DNA of 28,713 nt from an uncultured Thermoplasmata archaeon. GTDB taxonomy: Archaea; Thermoplasmatota; Thermoplasmata; Halarchaeoplasmatales; Halarchaeoplasmataceae. Positions 17,464-24,667 of this stretch are shown piece after piece (the first letter of the stretch is position 1; each line of letters begins with the position of its first letter). A program made the translations under genes and the position numbers. Location of the stretch: positions 1 to 28,713 of the forward strand of contig CAYNQI010000011.1 of assembly GCA_964399335.1 (NCBI GenBank), given 5' to 3'. The notes below the pieces were generated by a model, which saw nothing but the letters and a program-made list of their open reading frames with translations, was not told where the DNA came from and made no database searches.

Positions 17464-19311
17464 GTGAAATACATGCCATATGATGTAGATTATGTAGAGG
17501 CTAGAGATGCTTTAAATAAGATAGGGAGAGGTGATAGGGTATTCGTAGGATCTGGAGCTGCAGAACCTCAATACTTAGTTAAGGAATTGACCGAATTGGC
17601 TTCGGAATTTACTGATACTGAAATATTCCATATCCAGACCCTTGGTGTTGCCCCCTATACGGAGGAAAAATTCGAGGATAGTTTTAGGCATAATGCATTC
17701 TTTGTCGATGACAATACTAGGGATGCCGTTGCAGAAGGGAGAGCGGATTACACACCTATCTTCATGAGGGATATACCAAAACTATTCAAAACAGGCAGGG
17801 TTCCACTGGACGCATCGTTGATACAGGTATCTCCTCCCGATGAGCACGGATGGATGAGTTTAGGTGTGGCAGTCGATATCATAAAATCTGCTATTGAAAA
17901 CTCTAAGATGGTCATAGCTCAGGTAAATCCCAAGATGCCTAGGGTCCATGGTGATTGTTTCATCCATGTAGATGAAGTGGATTATCTAGTTCATTACGAG
18001 GAAGACCTGTTGGAATTCGATCCAGTAGTTTCTGGAAAAACCGCTGAGGAGATAGCGGGAAATGTGAGTAGACTGATAGAAAATGGTGCTACAATCCAGA
18101 TAGGATACGGAGCCGTTCCCAATGCTATATTGGAACATCTAGAGGTCAAGGAAGATTTAGGCATCCATACAGAGATGCTTTCTGAAGAACTCGCTAATCT
18201 GATCGAAAGGGGGATCGTTACTAATCAAAAAAAGAGTATCCATAAAGGGAAAAGTATAGCCTCTTTTTTGATGGGTACTCGAGATCTTTATGATTTTGTA
18301 GACGACAATCCTGGGATAGAACTCAGACCAACAGATTACACAAATGACCCCTTCGTCATAGCCAAGAATTACAAGATGACCGCGGTGAATACCGCACTTC
18401 AGGTGGATCTAACTGGGCAGGTGTGTGCTGATTCTTTGGGATACAGCTTCTACAGCGGGATCGGTGGACACGCTGATTTTATGAGAGGTGCAGGTTATGC
18501 TGAGGACGGTAAATCTATCATCGCTTTATCATCTACTGCTCAGGATGGAAAGGTTTCTAGGATCGTTCCATCCCTAAATGAAGGCGCTGGTGTGGTTACA
18601 ACTAGAGGGGATGTCGAATATGTAGTGACTGAATACGGTGTAGCTTATTTGAAAGGTAAGAACATACGCCAGAGAGCCATGGAATTGATAAATATTGCAC
18701 ACCCCAAATTCAGGGAAGAACTACTTAGAAAGGCGAAAGAACATCATCTCGTGTATCAGGACCAGGTCCTTGTCTTAGATGAAGGAGGAAGGTATCCAGA
18801 TGAACTCGAAACTATCAAAACGATAAATGATAAAGAATACATATTCAGGCCTATGAAGCCTACTGATGACGAACTGCTGAAAGACTTATTCTACTCTTTA
18901 TCCGATGAAAGCAGGTACAAACGTTTCATGAGCACCCGTAGGGATCTACATCACGATAGGAGGCAAGAATTCGTACAGATCAACTATAATAAGGAGATGG
19001 CCATAGTGGTAGTCGATCCCGAGATCGAAGGGCCTGATAGGATGGTAGGCGAGGCGGACTACCGTATCAAGGAAGGGCAGAACGTTGCTGAAATTTCAGT
19101 TATGGTCAGGGACGAGTACCAGAGTATGGGTATCGGGTCGGCATTGGTAGAATATCTGACCATGATAGCTAAGAATCAAGGTCTATACGGATTCACAGCT
19201 GAAGTTCTAGCAGATAACAAGAAGATGCTCAAAGTGTTCGAAAAGATGGGCTATGATATAGAAAAGAAGAGAAAATACGGTGAATATGAGTTACGTATGA
19301 GGTTTGTTTAA
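17464..19311 (+). CDS. Family I CoA-transferase/acetyl-CoA hydrolase fused to a C-terminal Pat-type GNAT
   Basis: N-terminal part: 'GDRVFVGSGAAEP', 'GRADYTPI', 'QVSPPDEHGWMSLG', 'TIQIGYGAVPNA', 'LGIHTEM' (catalytic Glu), 'QVDLTGQVCADS', 'SGIGGHADF', 'TEYGVA', 'IAHPKFREEL'. C-terminal GNAT: 'LSDESRYKRF', 'INYNKEMAIV', 'AEISVMVRDEYQSMGIG', 'AEVLADNKKML..FEKMGY'. ATG 17473 is an alternative start. Confidence 0.92.
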   Translation: MKYMPYDVDYVEARDALNKIGRGDRVFVGSGAAEPQYLVKELTELASEFTDTEIFHIQTLGVAPYTEEKFEDSFRHNAFFVDDNTRDAVAEGRADYTPIFMRDIPKLFKTGRVPLDASLIQVSPPDEHGWMSLGVAVDIIKSAIENSKMVIAQVNPKMPRVHGDCFIHVDEVDYLVHYEEDLLEFDPVVSGKTAEEIAGNVSRLIENGATIQIGYGAVPNAILEHLEVKEDLGIHTEMLSEELANLIERGIVTNQKKSIHKGKSIASFLMGTRDLYDFVDDNPGIELRPTDYTNDPFVIAKNYKMTAVNTALQVDLTGQVCADSLGYSFYSGIGGHADFMRGAGYAEDGKSIIALSSTAQDGKVSRIVPSLNEGAGVVTTRGDVEYVVTEYGVAYLKGKNIRQRAMELINIAHPKFREELLRKAKEHHLVYQDQVLVLDEGGRYPDELETIKTINDKEYIFRPMKPTDDELLKDLFYSLSDESRYKRFMSTRRDLHHDRRQEFVQINYNKEMAIVVVDPEIEGPDRMVGEADYRIKEGQNVAEISVMVRDEYQSMGIGSALVEYLTMIAKNQGLYGFTAEVLADNKKMLKVFEKMGYDIEKKRKYGEYELRMRFV

Positions 19312-19323
19312 GGTGAGTTCTAG

Positions 19324-20058
19324 ATGTCAAAAGAGGTTTATGATGGGCAATGGGATATAGATTACACACCGGTTCAAGAGATAATCGAAGAAGCAAAGGA
19401 TCGGAAAAGGTCAGTGCTTTTGGAAAGTGAGGCTAGAGAGATACTTGAATTAGCAGATATACCTTTTGCACGCGGTAAGGTCGTTCACTGCATCGATGAA
19501 GGTGTGAAAGTCGCTGAGGAGATAGGATATCCAGTTGTTCTAAAGGTCGTATCCGAAGATATCCTACACAAGATGGATGTAGGAGGAGTAAGGACCGGTA
19601 TCGAGGATGAAAATGAATTTGTAGATGCATACGAATCCATATGCACTCAGGTGAGAAATAAAAAACCAGATGCTAAAGTTCAAGGGATATCCATTGCAGA
19701 ACATATTAGTGGAGGCGAGGAAGTTATTTTAGGTGGGATGACGGATCCTTCCTTCGGTCCAGTTGTGATGTTCGGCATGGGTGGGATTTACGTTGAACTT
19801 CTGAAAGATGTGGTTTTTCGAGTGGCTCCTATAAGCACACAAGAAGCATGTGAGATGATCCGTGAAATCCAATCTTTCTCTGTATTGATCGGGGCAAGAG
19901 GTAAGAAAAGAAAAGATGTAAAAGCAATAGCTGAGATGATATCTAAGCTCAGCGAATTGATATATTTTGTCAACGGTATCCAGGATATAGATCTTAATCC
20001 TGTCGTTGCTTTAGAAGATGGTGCAGTGGCTTTGGATGTTGCTGTCAACATAAAGTGA
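19324..20058 (+). CDS. Stand-alone ACD beta (ATP-grasp) subunit
   Basis: Colinear with the C-terminal third of the 14252-16387 protein; 'GYPVVLKVVSEDILHKMDVGG', 'FGPVVMFGMGG', 'DIDLNP'; AGGTGA SD at 19311-19316. Confidence 0.9.
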   Translation: MSKEVYDGQWDIDYTPVQEIIEEAKDRKRSVLLESEAREILELADIPFARGKVVHCIDEGVKVAEEIGYPVVLKVVSEDILHKMDVGGVRTGIEDENEFVDAYESICTQVRNKKPDAKVQGISIAEHISGGEEVILGGMTDPSFGPVVMFGMGGIYVELLKDVVFRVAPISTQEACEMIREIQSFSVLIGARGKKRKDVKAIAEMISKLSELIYFVNGIQDIDLNPVVALEDGAVALDVAVNIK

Positions 20059-20129
20059 AAAGTTCATATCTGAAATCTCGTTTTAGTATAATCGTAATCT
20101 TTATTTAATCACTTTATATATGCCACATC

Positions 20130-21110
20130 ATGAAAGCAGTTATCTTATCTGGAGGATTTGGGACTAGGATGCGACCACTGACTTATACTACACCTAAACC
20201 TTTGTTACCTATATTGAATAAACCATTGATCCGACATATCGTAGATCAATTACCTGAAGAGGTCGGTGAAGTTATTCTTGCAGCTAATTACAAAATAGAC
20301 ATGCTAAGAGAGTATTTTGAAGAGGCTGATATTGATAAAAAGGTTCGTGTTGTAGATGAACCTAAGCCATTAGGGACTGGAGGAGCAGTGAAAAACGTAG
20401 AGGAATATCTTGACGACACTTTTTTTGTAATTAATTCAGATATAATATCAAGTATCGACCTTAAAGAATATTTGGAATTTTACAGATCGAAAAATGGAGT
20501 AGGTGCGATATCTGCATGGGATGTAGAAAATCCAGAAGAATTTGGTATATTTGAATTGAACGATAACCATCGGATATTACGATTCCAAGAAAAACCGGAG
20601 CCTTGGGAAGCTTTTTCTAATACCATAAATGCTGGGCACTATATTTTGGAACCAGAAGTCTTAAACTTGATACCACCTGGAGAAAAAGTTTCCATGGAGG
20701 ATGAGATATTTCCACTACTTGTGGATGACGGTCTATTTGGATATGAGTTTGATGGTTACTGGGTTGATTGTGGAAGACCTTCCAGTTTTTTCAAAGCTAC
20801 GGAGGAATTGTTGAAACATAGAGGCGAAAAAAATCTTGTCGGAGATAGAAGTTTTGTCCAAGGCAAGGTTGAGAATTATTCGGTTATAGGTATTGACTGT
20901 ACGATCGGTGACAGTGTGATATCGAATTCTATCCTATTCGACGGGGTCGAGATCGATGATGGATGTGTTATCGAGAACAGCATCATCGGTTATGATGTTA
21001 TTATCGAAGATGATGTAAAAGTAGTAGATTCGATAATATCTGATAACGTTTATCTTGAAGAGGGAAAAGAGTTCATCGAAAAGAAAATAAAACCCGAAGG
21101 AGCGGATTAG
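20130..21110 (+). CDS. NDP-sugar synthase / sugar-1-phosphate nucleotidyltransferase (mannose-1-P guanylyltransferase-like)
   Basis: 'AVILSGGFGTRMRPLT..TPKPLLP', 'EPKPLGTGGA', 'FQEKP', 'INAGHYIL', 'YWVDCG', C-terminal hexapeptide-like repeats. Confidence 0.92.
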   Translation: MKAVILSGGFGTRMRPLTYTTPKPLLPILNKPLIRHIVDQLPEEVGEVILAANYKIDMLREYFEEADIDKKVRVVDEPKPLGTGGAVKNVEEYLDDTFFVINSDIISSIDLKEYLEFYRSKNGVGAISAWDVENPEEFGIFELNDNHRILRFQEKPEPWEAFSNTINAGHYILEPEVLNLIPPGEKVSMEDEIFPLLVDDGLFGYEFDGYWVDCGRPSSFFKATEELLKHRGEKNLVGDRSFVQGKVENYSVIGIDCTIGDSVISNSILFDGVEIDDGCVIENSIIGYDVIIEDDVKVVDSIISDNVYLEEGKEFIEKKIKPEGAD

Positions 21111-22463
21111 ATGCCGAAGTTGTTCGGAACGAATGGAGTTAGAGGTATCGTTAACGAAGAAATGGATGTGGATTTAGCTGTGAGATTAGGTAAATCAGTA
21201 GGTACCTGGTTAAAAGGCGGCAGTGTTGCCATCGGGACCGATACAAGATTGTCCAATGAGATGTTAAAGAACGCTGTTTGCTCCGCTTTAGTAGCTACTG
21301 GATGCGATGTTATCGACTTGGGAGAAGCACCAACACCAGCTATTCAGATGTATACAAGAGAAAACACCGATCTAGGAGTAGCTATAACGGCATCACATAA
21401 TCCTCCACAGTTCAATGGGATAAAGTGCATCGATGGCGACGGAACCGAATTGATAAGATGGAAAGAAGAAGAGATAGAGGAGATATACTTCTCAGAGGAG
21501 TTTGAATTGGTTGAATGGTCGGAAGTTGGTAAGGTATCGTCAGACGATGCTAAGAAGATGTACATGGATGCTGTCAAGACCAAGGTTAATAAAAGTAAGA
21601 TCGAAAAAGCAGATCTTAAAGTTATAGTCGACTGTGCCAATGGAGCAGGTTGTTACACAACACCCTACTTATTGAAAGATCTCGGGTGTGATGTAGTGAC
21701 TTTAAATGCCCAACCCGATGGTGCTTTTCCAGGCCATGACAGTGAACCCACTGAAGAGAATTTGATCGACCTTATCAATTTGGTAAAAGAAACAGGTGCG
21801 GATTTAGGTATTGCTAATGACGGCGATGCGGACCGTACAATCTTTATCGATGATAATGGCAGGTATCTACACGGAGATAAAACCTTGACACTGATGGCTA
21901 AAAAGATAGTCGAGGAGAATGATGGAGGGATAGTCGTTACTCCCGTAAGTTCTTCTACCAGCGTCGAAGACGTTGTTGAAGAAGCCGGAGGAGAACTCAT
22001 ATACACAAAAGTTGGTTCTCCTATCGTTGCTAGAGAGATGATTGAGGAAGGAGCGATTTTCGGTGGTGAGGAGAACGGTGGCCTGATATTTGCTGATCAC
22101 CAGTACTGCCGTGATGCTGGCTTGACAGCAGCTAAGATCGTGGAGATCGTTGCAACTGATGGTCCACTTTCAGAGCTTGTAGACGGTTTACCTAAATATG
22201 CCTTGGATAAAAGAGGAATAGCTTGTCTAGATGAAATGAAAGATGAGCTTATGTCACAGTTGAAGAAAGAGTTCGATGAAGAGGATTACGATGATACTGA
22301 TGGTTTGAAAATCTATTACGATGAAGGTTGGGTGCTTATAAGGCCTTCTGGAACCGAACCGAAATATAGAGTTTACTCACAAGCTAAAGAGATAGATATC
22401 GCTAAGGAACTAGGTAGAAAGCATCAGAAAATAGTAAAGAAGATTCTAAATGAGATCGGTTGA
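21111..22463 (+). CDS. Alpha-D-phosphohexomutase (PMM/PGM/GlmM family)
   Basis: 'LFGTNGVRG', phospho-Ser 'TASHNP', metal loop 'DGDADR', 'GGEENGG', 'IRPSGTEPKYRVY'. Confidence 0.95.
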   Translation: MPKLFGTNGVRGIVNEEMDVDLAVRLGKSVGTWLKGGSVAIGTDTRLSNEMLKNAVCSALVATGCDVIDLGEAPTPAIQMYTRENTDLGVAITASHNPPQFNGIKCIDGDGTELIRWKEEEIEEIYFSEEFELVEWSEVGKVSSDDAKKMYMDAVKTKVNKSKIEKADLKVIVDCANGAGCYTTPYLLKDLGCDVVTLNAQPDGAFPGHDSEPTEENLIDLINLVKETGADLGIANDGDADRTIFIDDNGRYLHGDKTLTLMAKKIVEENDGGIVVTPVSSSTSVEDVVEEAGGELIYTKVGSPIVAREMIEEGAIFGGEENGGLIFADHQYCRDAGLTAAKIVEIVATDGPLSELVDGLPKYALDKRGIACLDEMKDELMSQLKKEFDEEDYDDTDGLKIYYDEGWVLIRPSGTEPKYRVYSQAKEIDIAKELGRKHQKIVKKILNEIG

Positions 22464-22594
22464 AAACCTTTTTCGGGTCGATACCGTATTCGTATGACAA
22501 ATACCCCCATTATACCAAAATTATAAATAATGTATATACCCTATTATGTATTGTCAGACATTTTGTCGGACTACGAAGGAGCTAGTGGGATAGG

Positions 22595-23500
22595 ATGCAG
22601 TTTAGGAAAAAAAAGCAGGAAACCGACCCGACGACTAAGAGGTTAATAGAACAAGGTATAATAAATATAAAATCTGATGAAGATTCTAAAGACAAACCAA
22701 CCAAAGAAAAACTAAGAGAATTTGGCAAAGTTACTTACGATTTCTGGAGTGGAGTAAAATACACATTAATTTTGTCTGCACTATTATGGTGGCTGCCTCT
22801 TTTCGGACCTATGTTGGCTGGTTATGTAGGAGGTCGAAGGACAGGTGGTCCTAAGAAAGGCATAGCTGCAGCGGTCTTGGCATTGGCGGCTATTTTTGGT
22901 ATACAGCTTGCTTTCACACACAATATAATCCCGTCTAATGTTTTATCCGTTCTAGAGATGCCTAGCAGCATTTTGGCAGTTGCCTATCAAAGACCTATGT
23001 TAACACCATATATTCGCTTTTTAGAATTATACTGGAGTTCTTTTTTCACATCTGTTCTAGGTGGCTTACCGTACTCACCTAACAGCTACTTGATAACGAT
23101 AATTTTTGCCTATGTCGGAGGAGTTGTCTCCATAGAAAAGAAACTAGAAATAGAGGATATAACCGGTTCCGGGCAAACGATCAATATCAACCTATCTAAA
23201 GTAACTAGAACACAGTCATCTAATAACACACCTAGTGATAAAAAGAGGATGTTAGTAGACTCTAATTATAACTATAACCCAAGAGCAGAAAGGCAATCGA
23301 ATAAACCCAAGAGATGGGAAGACCTTAAACCCATACAGTACAGCCAAAATAAACAGAAAAAAGATGATTGGGATAAGAAAAAGGATAATCAAAAAAATAA
23401 AAAATTCCAAGACAAATCTCGCAAACAGTCTGTGAAATTTTCTAAAAGGCCTGTCAGACATCATAGTAATTCTGAAGGCGATGATTGGGAATTCCTGTAA
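22595..23500 (+). CDS. Hypothetical membrane protein with basic low-complexity C-terminal tail
   Basis: 301-aa ORF with TM segments ('LILSALLWWLPLFGPMLAGYVGGRRTGGPKKGIAAAVLALAAIF') and a K/N/Q/D-rich tail. Confidence 0.75.
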   Translation: MQFRKKKQETDPTTKRLIEQGIINIKSDEDSKDKPTKEKLREFGKVTYDFWSGVKYTLILSALLWWLPLFGPMLAGYVGGRRTGGPKKGIAAAVLALAAIFGIQLAFTHNIIPSNVLSVLEMPSSILAVAYQRPMLTPYIRFLELYWSSFFTSVLGGLPYSPNSYLITIIFAYVGGVVSIEKKLEIEDITGSGQTININLSKVTRTQSSNNTPSDKKRMLVDSNYNYNPRAERQSNKPKRWEDLKPIQYSQNKQKKDDWDKKKDNQKNKKFQDKSRKQSVKFSKRPVRHHSNSEGDDWEFL

Positions 23501-23549
23501 AATCGTCAAGCATAGAAGTTATTAATCCCGTAACGTATCAGCATGTATA

Positions 23550-24593
23550 ATGAAAATACTCCACCAAGACCCTAGAACAGGTAAAATCAAGCTCAGAGTC
23601 GATAATCTGGACGACCTATGGCACATTAAGAATATTTTGAATTCGGGGGATATTGTTTCAGCTGTTACTTTCAGAAGGGAGGAAACTCAAAGTGACAAGC
23701 TCCGATCGGATAGGGGTGAGAAGAAAAGGATGAGATTGGACATCGAGGTCGAAAAAGTAGAATTTCACGAATTCACTGATAGACTTCGTATTTTAGGTGT
23801 CATCGTCGATGGGCCTCAGGATCTAGGCTCTTACCATACTCTGAACCTTACTGATGGGGATCAACTGACCATCATCAAAGATGAATGGAAAGATCATGAA
23901 TTGAACCGGTTGAAAGAGGCTGTTGAACATAGTCAAAAACCGGTGATCACCTTTGTAGGGTTAGAGCAGGACGAGGCAACTATCGCTATAATGAGGCAGT
24001 ACGGCGTCAAAGAGATGGCACATATCTCACCTAACATCAGCGGTAAGTTTTACGACTCTGAAAAGGTCAGTAAAAAAGATTTCTTCAAGATGATCATAAC
24101 GAAATTAGAACATATCATGGAACCGGAATCTCCTCTTGTGATATTTGGTCCTGGATTTTTCAAAGAAGATTTCTACGAATGGGCTAAAGATAAACATCCT
24201 AGTCTGATGAAATATGCTGAAGTCATCCCCGCCGGGGAAGGAGGGATGACAGGTTTACATGAAGTCCTGAAAAAAGGTAAGGAAAGGGGGAGTTTAGACG
24301 GGCAGAGGATGTCTTTTGAAAGTGAGAAGGTAGAAGAACTTCTTAAAGAGATCAAGAAAGATGGCGCATACGCTTATGGTTTAGAGTCAGTAGGACGGGC
24401 CGTTGAATTGGGAGCTGTGGATGAACTGATGGTTTTAGATACGAAAGTTCGGGATGAAGAAGGTGAAAAGCTGATGAAAAAGACTGAACAGCTCGGCGGA
24501 GACGTAGTGGTTATAAGCAGTACACATGAAGGTGGAGAGAAACTCGAAGCTCTTGGTGGATATGGGGCATTACTTCGGTATAAGATCGAATGA
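23550..24593 (+). CDS. pelA: mRNA surveillance / ribosome rescue protein pelota (aPelota/Dom34)
   Basis: 'DNLDDLWHI', 'FHEFTDRLRILG', 'GSYHTLN', 'GPGFFKEDF', 'AYGLESV..AVELGAVDEL', 'STHEGGEKLEALGGYGALLRY'. Confidence 0.96.
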   Translation: MKILHQDPRTGKIKLRVDNLDDLWHIKNILNSGDIVSAVTFRREETQSDKLRSDRGEKKRMRLDIEVEKVEFHEFTDRLRILGVIVDGPQDLGSYHTLNLTDGDQLTIIKDEWKDHELNRLKEAVEHSQKPVITFVGLEQDEATIAIMRQYGVKEMAHISPNISGKFYDSEKVSKKDFFKMIITKLEHIMEPESPLVIFGPGFFKEDFYEWAKDKHPSLMKYAEVIPAGEGGMTGLHEVLKKGKERGSLDGQRMSFESEKVEELLKEIKKDGAYAYGLESVGRAVELGAVDELMVLDTKVRDEEGEKLMKKTEQLGGDVVVISSTHEGGEKLEALGGYGALLRYKIE

Positions 24594-24667
24594 AATTTAG
24601 GAGATATAAGAAAAAGTAAAGGAAGGTTTTTTTTAAAATTATATTTGGTACTGAGGCAGGGGATTAT

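Noticed and set aside
18961-19140. Locally raised GC in the GNAT domain as a sign of recent transfer
   Set aside because: A hand count gives 90/180 G+C, but this is a short window and parts of acs are also GC-rich. A codon-usage analysis is needed before any claim.
17464-19311. Pat-like inactive ACD, or a dead CoA-transferase, in the operon
   Set aside because: The catalytic His (SHTG) of ACD and the catalytic Glu (HTEM) of the transferase are both present, so there is no sequence evidence of inactivation.
22607-22614. A8 homopolymer as a phase-variation or frameshift site
   Set aside because: The reading frame is intact (RKKK), and A/T runs of this length are common in this AT-rich window.
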